From the NCBI GenBank assembly GCA_904418995.1, contig CAJFQF010000001.1, forward strand, positions 49,986 through 81,985: a stretch of DNA of 32,000 nucleotides, read 5' to 3'. The notes beneath the pieces were generated by a model. That model was not told the origin of the DNA. It saw only the letters and a list, made by a program, of their open reading frames with translations, and made no database searches. Below, in pieces: positions 1 to 7,474 of this stretch (position 1 is the first letter of the stretch; the number at the start of each line of letters is the position of its first letter). The position numbers and the translations under genes are program-made. This DNA is from Candidatus Heritagella intestinalis. GTDB lineage: Bacteria > Bacillota > Clostridia > Oscillospirales > Acutalibacteraceae.

Positions 1-614
1 TAGTATTCTGCGGCGGCATTTTTACAGCCCTCTGCCGTGTCCCCTCGGGGCATCAGGAATAAATCCTTTACATAGTCAAAATTTAGCCAGGTGGGGAAGA
101 CCCGACGCACATTACCAACATGATTTTTAATGTGCCCGTTAATATCAAAAAGATAATTTTGCAGCTGATAATTGGCTTTGATAATTCGGAGTCCCATATC
201 CGAAAGGGCCTGGAGGGCCTCTTGAGGGATGTATTCCGGCAGAGTATGGAGATTTTTCAAATCGTAATAGATGGCATGGTTGATTTTACTGTATTTTTTC
301 TCAATGGCCGTGCGCAGGATGCAGAGGTTCCGGATAATGGAGGCCTCCCGGTCCTGGGAAAGCTCCTGAAAAATTTCTAATTTCAGCGGAGAGTGCTCGT
401 TTTCAAAAATATGCTCGGGAACGCCCAGCAGGAATCCGACCCGGGAAACAATCTCGAAGGTACTGTTTTTCCACCATCCCTCCTGTTCGGCCCGCTGGGC
501 TTCTTCCTGGGTCTCCTCTTCTACATGACTGTCGTCCAGTTCAATTTCCCCTGAAAATTTTACAGCGTTTTCTCCAAATCTGGATTTGAGCATTTCGATT
601 GTCATTCGGTCCAT
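1..614 (-). CDS. Hypothetical protein, 3' end beyond the window (N-terminal about 204 aa visible)
   Basis: My own translation of the minus strand from ATG at 614..612: MDRMTIEMLKSRFGENAVKF...IRNLCILRTAIEKKYSKIN...FPTWLNFDYVKDLFLMPRGDTAEGCKNAAAEY, open to position 1. SD AAAGGATGGTGGA lies 4-5 nt upstream. It is not in the ORF track because it runs off the edge. It loosely recalls N-terminal regions of clostridial NYN/LabA-like proteins, but that is memory only. Confidence 0.6.
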   Translation of the reverse strand, partial: MDRMTIEMLKSRFGENAVKFSGEIELDDSHVEEETQEEAQRAEQEGWWKNSTFEIVSRVGFLLGVPEHIFENEHSPLKLEIFQELSQDREASIIRNLCILRTAIEKKYSKINHAIYYDLKNLHTLPEYIPQEALQALSDMGLRIIKANYQLQNYLFDINGHIKNHVGNVRRVFPTWLNFDYVKDLFLMPRGDTAEGCKNAAAEY

Positions 615-665
615 ACTTCCACCATCCTTTACTTTATAATTTTATCGATACATTTATGATAGGAT

Positions 666-714
666 AAAAAATTCCCTCCCGGGCGGTTCAAAAACCGCTC
701 CGCCCGGGAAGGAA
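666..714 (-). terminator. Rho-independent terminator downstream of iorB
   Basis: 15-bp stem TTCCCTCCCGGGCGG / CCGCCCGGGAAGGAA (1 mismatch, 672-686 and 700-714). On the minus strand it is followed by TTTTTT (plus A-run 666-671). Confidence 0.6.
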
Positions 715-785
715 CCAGCCGGAAGTTTTTCCGGCGAACATTGCAGCATTTGAAGGGTTGCCGTTTCAAAAGGGCTGGCGCCCTG

Positions 786-1364
786 TTACACCGCCTGCCA
801 GCCCAGAGCAAAGGCCTTCCGGTTCATCTCCAGGAATTTGGCCGGGACAGTTTCTTCAATGGCCTTGAGCCATACCTCTTGCTCCCCGCCCAGGCTCTTG
901 GCCATAGCGCCGATAAGCACCACATTGACCGCCTTGGCGGAGCCGGCCTCTTCGGCCAGGGACAAGGCGTCCAGGGCCAGCACCCGAGCGCCCTTCTTTT
1001 CCATATCCTCCAGCAGTCCCTCGGGGTAGGTGGTGCTGCCGGTGACAACAGGCATGGGGTCCATCTTCTGGGTGTTGACCACCACGGCGCCGCCCTTCTT
1101 CAGATAGGGCAGGTACCGGGCAGCTTCCAGCTGTTCAAAGGCCAGAACAATGTCCGCCTCGCCCTCCTCGATAATGGGGGAATAGACCTTCTCCCCATAG
1201 CGTACATAGGTCACCACGGAGCCGCCCCGCTGGCTCATGCCATGGACCTCCGAAACCTTGACATCATATCCTTCCGCGACCATGGCCGCGCCCAGCAGAC
1301 GGCTGGCCAGCAGAGTGCCCTGGCCGCCCACGCCTACGATCATTACGCTCTTTCCGTTTTTCAT
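786..1364 (-). CDS. iorB: Indolepyruvate:ferredoxin oxidoreductase subunit beta
   Basis: MKNGKSVMIVGVGGQGTLLASRLLG... is typical of the IorB / 2-oxoacid:ferredoxin oxidoreductase gamma-like family. I trimmed the start to ATG at 1364, which overlaps the iorA stop (ATGA). The tracked 213-aa ORF has a spurious N-terminal extension. Confidence 0.88.
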   Translation of the reverse strand: MKNGKSVMIVGVGGQGTLLASRLLGAAMVAEGYDVKVSEVHGMSQRGGSVVTYVRYGEKVYSPIIEEGEADIVLAFEQLEAARYLPYLKKGGAVVVNTQKMDPMPVVTGSTTYPEGLLEDMEKKGARVLALDALSLAEEAGSAKAVNVVLIGAMAKSLGGEQEVWLKAIEETVPAKFLEMNRKAFALGWQAV

Positions 1365-3103
1365 TTTGCAGTCCCTCCAATGGCTTTTTTGGGGCAGAGG
1401 CTCTCGCATACGCCGCAGCCCACGCACTGGGTGCGGTCAATGCAGGCTTTGCCGTCCCGGATGCTGATGGCCGGACAGCCGATGCCCAGGCAGGCCTTAC
1501 ATCCGATGCAGGAATCCGTGTCCACGGTCAGGGGCGGATTGTGCTTCACATATTTCAGCAGAGCGCAGGGCCGGCGGCTGATAATCACCGAAGGCTCCTC
1601 TGCGGCCAATTCCTCTTTCAGGGCCTGCTGTACGGCGGGCAGGTCATAGGGGTCTACCACCCGCACCCGGTTGATGCCCACAGCGTGGCACAATGCTTCC
1701 AGATTCACGGCGCTGGTGGGGTCGCCCTTAATGGTGTAGCCGGTGGTGGGGTTCTGCTGGTGGCCGGTCATACCGGTGATGGAGTTATCCAGGATAATCA
1801 CCACGGAATTGCTCCGGTTATAGGCGATGTCGATAAGGCTGGTAATGCCGGAGTGGATAAAGGTGGAGTCGCCGATGACCGCCACGGATTTTTTCTCGGC
1901 TTCCTCGCCCCGGGCCTTGTTGTAGCCGTGAAGGGCCGACACCGAAGCGCCCATGCAGATGCAGGTATCCATGGCGCTCAGGGGTGCGGAGGCTCCCAGG
2001 GTATAGCAGCCGATGTCGCCGCTAACATAGACCTTGGCTTTTTTCAGGGCGTAGAACAGGCCGCGATGGGGGCAGCCGCAGCACATTACCGGCGGGCGGC
2101 CGGGAATTTCCGTTTCCAGGCGGACAGATTCCGGCAGAGGACGGTCCATGAGCCGGCGGATGAGATTCTGGGAGAACTCCCCGCACCGGGGGAACCGATC
2201 CTTGCCGATGACCTTCATGCCCAGGGACTTGCAGTGGCTCTCGATAAAGTCGTCCAGCTCCTCAATGACGTAGACGGTCTCGTTGGCGGCGGCAAATTCC
2301 AGCAAAAGGCTGTCGGGCAGGGGATGCACCATGCCCAGCTTTAAGTAGTTGACGGAATCCCCCAGGGCTTCCCGGGCGTACTGATACACCGCGCCGGAAG
2401 CAATCACGCCCACAGAAGCGCCGTTGTTCTCAATCCGGTTGATGCCGGAGGTTTCGGACCATTCCCGCAGGGCGCAGGTGCGCTCTTCCACCTTTACATG
2501 CTTGGGCTTAGCGAAAGCCGGCAGCATGACATTTTTGGCGGGGTTCTTCTCATAGGGCTTCAGGGGCACGTCTTGACGCTCTCCCAGCTCTACCAGGGAG
2601 CGGGAGTGGGCGATGCGGGTGGTGAGCCGCAGAATCACCGGGGTGTCAAACTGCTCCGAGAGCGCATAGGCCCGCATGGCGTATTCCCGGCATTCGGCGG
2701 AATCGGCGGGCTCCAGCATGGGGAGCTTGGCCGCCCGGGCATAGTGGCGGGAATCCTGCTCATTCTGGGAGGAGTGCATTCCCGGGTCGTCGGCCACGCC
2801 GATGACCATGCCGGCGTTGACGCCGATGTAGCTCATGGTGAACAGGGGGTCGGCGGCTACATTGAGGCCCACGTGCTTCTGGGCGCAGAAGGAGCGAGCC
2901 CCGCCAAAGCTGGCCCCGGAAGCCACTTCCATGGCCACCTTCTCGTTAGGGGCCCACTCGCAGGTGAGCTCGTCGTATTTGGCGGCGGCCTCGGTAATTT
3001 CGGTGCTGGGAGTGCCGGGATAGCTGGAAACTACCCGCACACCGGCTTCATACAGACCCCGGGCAACGGCTTCGTTGCCCAAAAGGAGTTCTTTTTTTGA
3101 CAT
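1361..3103 (-). CDS. iorA: Indolepyruvate:ferredoxin oxidoreductase subunit alpha (TPP and 2x[4Fe-4S])
   Basis: MSKKELLLGNEAVARGLYEAGV... with TPP motif GDSTFIHSG. The C-terminal ferredoxin domain is CIGCKACLGIGCP...CVGCGVCESLCP. Start set to ATG 3103, with GGAGGT 7 nt upstream. Confidence 0.9.
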   Translation of the reverse strand: MSKKELLLGNEAVARGLYEAGVRVVSSYPGTPSTEITEAAAKYDELTCEWAPNEKVAMEVASGASFGGARSFCAQKHVGLNVAADPLFTMSYIGVNAGMVIGVADDPGMHSSQNEQDSRHYARAAKLPMLEPADSAECREYAMRAYALSEQFDTPVILRLTTRIAHSRSLVELGERQDVPLKPYEKNPAKNVMLPAFAKPKHVKVEERTCALREWSETSGINRIENNGASVGVIASGAVYQYAREALGDSVNYLKLGMVHPLPDSLLLEFAAANETVYVIEELDDFIESHCKSLGMKVIGKDRFPRCGEFSQNLIRRLMDRPLPESVRLETEIPGRPPVMCCGCPHRGLFYALKKAKVYVSGDIGCYTLGASAPLSAMDTCICMGASVSALHGYNKARGEEAEKKSVAVIGDSTFIHSGITSLIDIAYNRSNSVVIILDNSITGMTGHQQNPTTGYTIKGDPTSAVNLEALCHAVGINRVRVVDPYDLPAVQQALKEELAAEEPSVIISRRPCALLKYVKHNPPLTVDTDSCIGCKACLGIGCPAISIRDGKACIDRTQCVGCGVCESLCPKKAIGGTAK

Positions 3104-3189
3104 CTGGATAACCTCCATCATAGAATAAAATTCCAAAAAAATTGCGCGAAAGAAGGGTTCTCCCCAAAAAATAAAAGTGATTCATATCC

Positions 3190-3218
3190 ATTATACAGGA
3201 AAGAGACAATTTTCGCAA
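3190..3218 (-). promoter_or_regulatory. Sigma-70-like promoter for iorAB
   Basis: Minus strand reads TTGCGA - 17 nt - TATAAT (plus coordinates 3213-3218 and 3190-3195), about 85 nt upstream of the iorA start. Confidence 0.5.
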
Positions 3219-3259
3219 ATCATTCGCCCAAAACCACGCAAAAAATGTTCCTCACCGAC

Positions 3260-3289
3260 AAAAGCCGGGCCGCTTTGCAGCAGCCCGGC
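3260..3289 (-). terminator. Terminator ending the hydrogenase-maturation transcription unit
   Basis: Stem GCCGGGC (3264-3270) / GCCCGGC (3283-3289). On the minus strand it is followed by TTTTGTCGG, immediately after the stop of the small ORF at 3295. Confidence 0.55.
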
Positions 3290-3294
3290 AACAT

Positions 3295-3513
3295 TCAGCT
3301 TTTGTTTTGGAGGGAACGGCGGCGGTATGCAGAACGCCCTATATGCAGCAGGGCCAGGGGAACCAGATAATAGAGGGCGTTCAGCAAGCTGACCCAAGCC
3401 GGGGCGCTGTTGCCCAAGGGGTCCTGAGACAGGGAATACCAACATATCCCCACATGGAGCACCATGGCGCACAGCAGCAGAAGATTCACTGTCCAAAAAA
3501 CTTTCTTTTTCAC
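3295..3513 (-). CDS. Small predicted membrane protein (72 aa, two hydrophobic segments)
   Basis: Start set at GTG 3513, preceded by AAAGGAG about 10 nt upstream. Sequence VKKKVFWTVNLLLLCAMVLHVGICWYSL...WVSLLNALYYLVPLALLHIGRSAYRRR. It sits 43 nt after the hydF stop and directly before a terminator. No family recognised. Confidence 0.45.
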   Translation of the reverse strand: MKKKVFWTVNLLLLCAMVLHVGICWYSLSQDPLGNSAPAWVSLLNALYYLVPLALLHIGRSAYRRRSLQNKS

Positions 3514-3556
3514 GGTGCTTTCGCTCCTTTTCTTGTTAAATAAGAGGCGTTCGGCC

Positions 3557-4765
3557 TCACAGAAGCTGGGCAATCTCCGGGAAGGGCTCCAGGCTCCGCT
3601 GCAAAATCCCCGTCACATAGGCAATGAGGATACCGTAGTTGGTCATGGGCACCCCCTGCTCCCGGGCCCGGGCCGCACGAGACTGCATTTCCCGTTCGTT
3701 GAGCATACAGGCCCCACAGTGGACGATAAGCTTGTACTGGGTCAGTTCCCGGGGAAATTCCCCGCCGCTGGTGAACTCGAATACCGGCTCTTTCCCGGTT
3801 TTCTGGCGAATCCAGTTGGGGATTTTCACGGTGCCGATGTCGTTGCATTGACGGTGGTGGGTGCAGCCCTCGGAGATCAGCACCTTGTCTCCGTTTTCCA
3901 GGGATTCCAGAGCCTTCACGCCCCGAATGGCCCCGGGCAGGTTGCCCTTATACCGGGCGAAGAGAATGGAGAAGGAGGTCAGGGGAATGGAGGTGGGGAC
4001 ATCCGCCGATACCTTTTTAAAGGCCTGGCTGTCGGTGATGACCATGCGAGGCGGCTCTTTCAGGGCAGCCAGCCCTTGGGGAAGCTCGGTTTCTTTCGTC
4101 ACCACCGCCATGGCCCCGGCGTCCAGAATATCCCGGATGGTCTGCTGCTGGGGGAGGATCAGCCGGCCCTTGGGGGCGGCCTCGTCAATGGGGGTCACCA
4201 GAACCACCAAATCGCCGGGGGAGAGCAGGTCGGCCACAATGCGGCGTTCCGGCCCGGAGGGGCGCAGGGCGGCGATGGCCTCTTTCAGCTCCCGGATGTT
4301 TTCGCCTGTGGCAGCGCTGACCCAGAGGGCAGTTTCCCCTTGGGGAGCCACACGGGGCGCATCTTTTGCCAGACGGTCGCACTGATTCATGACGATAAGG
4401 CGGGGGAGCTTTTTCTCCCGGAGCAGTTGGAGCAGCGCCTCATCCTCCGGGTGCATCCCTTCGGCGGCGTCAATGACCAGCAGGGCAATGTCGGTCTTAT
4501 CCAACACCTGCCGGGCCTTTTCCACCCGCATGGCTCCCAGTTCGCCCACATCGTCCAGGCCGGGAGTGTCGGTGAGAAGCACCGGCCCCAGAGGGAGCAG
4601 CTCCATGGCCTTGGAGACCGGGTCGGTGGTGGTGCCCTTCTGCTGGGAGACAATGGCCAGGGATTGTCCCGTCAGGGCATTGATTAAGCTGGATTTTCCG
4701 GCGTTGCGGCGCCCAAACAGACTGATGTGGACGCGCTCGCTGGATGGAGTGGAATTGAGGCTCAT
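3557..4765 (-). CDS. hydF: [FeFe]-hydrogenase H-cluster maturation GTPase HydF
   Basis: P-loop GRRNAGKSSLINAL, then DTPG. C-terminal cluster-binding signature CTHHRQC...HCGACM (CxH...HCxxC) is typical of HydF. Confidence 0.9.
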   Translation of the reverse strand: MSLNSTPSSERVHISLFGRRNAGKSSLINALTGQSLAIVSQQKGTTTDPVSKAMELLPLGPVLLTDTPGLDDVGELGAMRVEKARQVLDKTDIALLVIDAAEGMHPEDEALLQLLREKKLPRLIVMNQCDRLAKDAPRVAPQGETALWVSAATGENIRELKEAIAALRPSGPERRIVADLLSPGDLVVLVTPIDEAAPKGRLILPQQQTIRDILDAGAMAVVTKETELPQGLAALKEPPRMVITDSQAFKKVSADVPTSIPLTSFSILFARYKGNLPGAIRGVKALESLENGDKVLISEGCTHHRQCNDIGTVKIPNWIRQKTGKEPVFEFTSGGEFPRELTQYKLIVHCGACMLNEREMQSRAARAREQGVPMTNYGILIAYVTGILQRSLEPFPEIAQLL

Positions 4766-4814
4766 AGGATTACCGCCTTTCTGTTAAAGAATAAAGAAAA
4801 AAGGTGAAAAAGAG

Positions 4815-5059
4815 GCGCGGAGCAATTACAGAGTCCAGAGAGACTTAGTCTCTCTGGCGAGGGATCGGGGCGAGGAGCCCCGAAACCGCGAAGCGGCAGA
4901 ATTTTCCGCGCAAGAGCCGCAATGCGGCGCGAGCTCCCGGGAGTTGCCAGCTGAAATAGCGCGGAGCGAATACACAGCCCCCGGGCAGAAGCCCAGCAAA
5001 AGGGAAGGGAACGCTCAAAAGAAGCTGCGCAGCGCGAGCCCTCAAAGAGAGATCTCTCG
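4815..5059. repeat. Hairpin-rich, palindrome-bounded spacer between hydE and hydF
   Basis: Left palindrome CCAGAGAGAC-TTA-GTCTCTCTGG (4835-4857) and right palindrome GAGAGATCTCTC (5047-5058). Internal hairpins CGGGGC-GAGGA-GCCCCG (4866-4882) and GCCGC-AAT-GCGGC (4916-4928). Internal direct repeat GCGCGGAGCaAtTACAgAG (4815) / GCGCGGAGCgAaTACAcAG (4959). No credible ORF. Confidence 0.5.
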
Positions 5060-6121
5060 TCAGGGCTGGCGTTTGGCCCGGTCGCCCCGGTCGCAGACCA
5101 CCTGATAGCCGATGGCCGCCATGCTCTCCTGGAGCCGCCGCAGGCCTTCGGCCGCCTCACTGCCGGAATGGAGCTTGTTGTCGTACAGGGTGTACTTGTC
5201 CCGCACGTCCTCCGGGGAGAGGTTGGGCATGACCACGTTGGCCCCGGCCAGCATCCCCTGTTCCCGGCCGTTGGGAAGCAGGGTGCCCAGGGCCGTGGTG
5301 GCCGGCAGCAGCACTTGGGGCAGCAGAATCCGGATTAAAGAGAGCAAATACAGGGTCAGTTCCCCACTGCCCGCCGGTTCCCCGGCAAAAGGGGTGTCGT
5401 GATGGGGTAAAAAGGGCCCAATCCCCACCATGTCCGGCTGAAACTCCTGTAAAAACACCAGATCCTTTGCCAGCGTCCCCACCGTTTGCCCCGGAGACCC
5501 CACCATAAACCCCGCGCCGGTCTGGAAGCCCAGCCGTTTCAGGGTCCGCAGGCAGTCCAGCCGGTGGGAAAGGGAGAGCTCCGGAGGGTGGAGACGGCGG
5601 TAATGGCATTCATCGGCGGTTTCGTGGCGGAGCAGATAGCGGTCTGCCCCAGCCTCCCGGAATTTCCGGTAGCTTTCCTCTTCCCGCTCTCCAATGGACA
5701 GGGTTACGGCGCATTCCGGCCACCGCTTTTTTATGGCCCGCACCAGTTCACAGATGCGCTCATCGGTGAACCAGGGGTCCTCTCCACCCTGCAGCACAAA
5801 GGTGCGGAACCCCAGCTCCCAGCCGGTTTCGCAGCAGGAGAGGATTTCTTCCCGGTTCAGCCGGTAACGGGGGGCGTTCCGGTTGCTCCGGCGGATACCG
5901 CAGTAAAGGCAATCGTTGCGGCAGTAGTTGGTGAATTCAATCAAGCCCCGGATAAAGATTTTTTTCCCATAAAAAGGCTCCCGGAAATCCCGGGCCAGTT
6001 CCGCCGCCTGGGCGGCCAGCTCGGGGGTATAGCCCCCAATCAAGGCCTCCCATTCCAGCGGAGCCAGCCGGTGTTCCCGGGAGAGCTTTTGCAGCAATTG
6101 GGTAGGATGCCCTGGAATCAC
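5060..6121 (-). CDS. hydE: [FeFe]-hydrogenase H-cluster radical SAM maturase HydE
   Basis: Radical SAM motif CRNDCLYC and a biotin-synthase-like fold (FVLQGGEDP, GANVVMPNLSP). GTG start at 6121 overlaps the upstream stop (GTGA). Confidence 0.9.
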   Translation of the reverse strand: MIPGHPTQLLQKLSREHRLAPLEWEALIGGYTPELAAQAAELARDFREPFYGKKIFIRGLIEFTNYCRNDCLYCGIRRSNRNAPRYRLNREEILSCCETGWELGFRTFVLQGGEDPWFTDERICELVRAIKKRWPECAVTLSIGEREEESYRKFREAGADRYLLRHETADECHYRRLHPPELSLSHRLDCLRTLKRLGFQTGAGFMVGSPGQTVGTLAKDLVFLQEFQPDMVGIGPFLPHHDTPFAGEPAGSGELTLYLLSLIRILLPQVLLPATTALGTLLPNGREQGMLAGANVVMPNLSPEDVRDKYTLYDNKLHSGSEAAEGLRRLQESMAAIGYQVVCDRGDRAKRQP

Positions 6122-6396
6122 GGCTTTTCCTCCGATGCATCCTCCAGCCGGGCATATACGGTTTTGCTGCTGACGCCGGGGAGCATCCCCAGCTTGCCGG
6201 ACAGGGCGCTGATTTCTGATTGGGGTGCGTCCAGCACCAAGCTGATAATGGATACCTGGCGTTTGTGGTAGGGAATGCCCATACGGCCGATAATACGCTC
6301 CGCATACTGATGGAGCAGGTCGTTGATTTTTTCGGCGGAATCCAGGTCTTCCACCACGATACCAATGAGAGCTACGCGGTTTTCGTTATTTTCCAT
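6118..6396 (-). CDS. TM1266-family putative iron-only hydrogenase system regulator (ACT-like, 92 aa)
   Basis: NRVALIGIVVEDLDSAEKINDLLHQYAERIIGRMGIPYHKRQVSIISLVLDAPQSEISALSGKLGMLPGVSSKTVY matches my recollection of the TIGR03959-type family, which precedes hydE/G/F. SD AAAGGAAG lies 8 nt upstream. Confidence 0.85.
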   Translation of the reverse strand: MENNENRVALIGIVVEDLDSAEKINDLLHQYAERIIGRMGIPYHKRQVSIISLVLDAPQSEISALSGKLGMLPGVSSKTVYARLEDASEEKP

Positions 6397-6594
6397 GCAG
6401 AAACTTCCTTTCTATCATTGATTTTCATCTTCCGTGGAAGATAAATTTTAGAAAAACCTTTTTATGGGGCGGCAAGCTGATAAACAGAATACTGCCTGTC
6501 AAACAGAAAAGCGCCTTCGAAAAAACGAAGGCGCAAAACAACAAAGAGCACAGTTTCGCTTCCTCCGCAGAAAATACCTTTGGACTCAGCTTGC
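6397..6594 (-). promoter_or_regulatory. About 200-nt 5' leader of the hyd maturation operon with an internal intrinsic-terminator-like hairpin
   Basis: About 60 nt downstream of the predicted TSS: GCGCCUUCG-UUUUUU-CGAAGGCGC followed by UUUUCUGUUU (plus 6501-6534). A 9-nt inverted repeat GCAAGCUGA (6594-6586) / UCAGCUUGC (6480-6472) brackets it. A further hairpin AUCUUC-CACG-GAAGAU lies near the SD. Confidence 0.5.
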
Positions 6595-6600
6595 ACCTTT

Positions 6601-6629
6601 ATCATAGCATACCCCCGACGGGATTGCAA
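6601..6629 (-). promoter_or_regulatory. Sigma-70-like promoter for the regulator-hydE-hydF unit
   Basis: Minus strand reads TTGCAA - 17 nt - TGcTATGAT (extended -10). Plus coordinates are 6624-6629 and 6601-6606. Confidence 0.6.
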
Positions 6630-6658
6630 GAGAACCTGTGGGAATGCGCCTTTTCTCA

Positions 6659-6687
6659 TTGACAAGACAGCGTCAGGTGTTTATTAT
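6659..6687 (+). promoter_or_regulatory. Sigma-70-like promoter for the Nudix-galT operon
   Basis: TTGACA (6659-6664) - 17 nt - TATTAT (6682-6687), divergent from the hyd promoter. Confidence 0.55.
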
Positions 6688-6751
6688 AAAAGTATAAAAA
6701 ACATTTTGGATTCATATAAAAACCAGACTCTATGCAAAAAGGAGGCGCGGT

Positions 6752-7387
6752 ATGGAACTGCGAGACAAAAACGGGCTTACCGAGGCGGAATTCCTAGCCC
6801 AATATCGTCCCGGGGACTATCCCCGGCCGTCGGTGGCGGCGGACATCGCCATTTTTTCCCCGGGAGAGGAAGGCCCTCAGGTGCTGCTGATACGCCGGGG
6901 CGGCCATCCCTGTTTGGGCCAGTGGGCTCTGCCCGGCGGGTTTGTGGAACCGGGGGAGACCGTGGGCCAGGCTGCCGCCCGGGAGCTTTGGGAGGAAACC
7001 GGCGCCGCCGGGATTGCACCCCAACAGCTCTTTACCTTTAGTCAGCCGGGCCGGGACCCCCGGACCTGGACCATGAGCGTGCTGCATATGGCGGTGGTGC
7101 CCCGGGAGAAGCTGGCGGTGCAGGCAGGGGATGACGCCGCTGACGCCGGCTGGTTCCGCCTGGAAATGAAAGAAGAGCCGGAACAGCCGGGAACATATTC
7201 TCTGCGCTTGACCAAGGGGGAGGAGATTTTGGAGGCTCGGGTAGCCCGGCAGGAAAATGCCCCGGACGGCCCCTTTGTGATTCTGGAAAACCATGGTCTG
7301 GCCTTTGACCATCCCAAGCTGCTGGCTTTGGCGGCGGAACATTTTGGTGCGCTGCCGGCCCCTTCCCGGGAGAAAGAGGATTTCTGA
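6752..7387 (+). CDS. NUDIX hydrolase
   Basis: Nudix box GGFVEPGETVGQAAARELWEETG (GX5EX7REUXEEXGU). AGGAGG lies 6 nt upstream of the ATG. Substrate not inferable. Confidence 0.85.
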   Translation: MELRDKNGLTEAEFLAQYRPGDYPRPSVAADIAIFSPGEEGPQVLLIRRGGHPCLGQWALPGGFVEPGETVGQAAARELWEETGAAGIAPQQLFTFSQPGRDPRTWTMSVLHMAVVPREKLAVQAGDDAADAGWFRLEMKEEPEQPGTYSLRLTKGEEILEARVARQENAPDGPFVILENHGLAFDHPKLLALAAEHFGALPAPSREKEDF

Positions 7388-7474
7388 ACCGGGAAATGGC
7401 TGCATATTCCATATAAAGAAGTATTGCTGCAGGCGGGCCCCAGGGGCCAGGCCTGAGAGGAAGGAGTTATCGTA

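Noticed and set aside
120-380. 86-aa plus-strand ORF at the left edge
   Set aside because: It is the antisense shadow of the better-supported minus-strand gene at 1..614.
6462-6665. 67-aa minus-strand ORF in the hyd leader region
   Set aside because: It starts upstream of the predicted promoter -35 box and spans the terminator hairpin. It has no SD and an implausible sequence.
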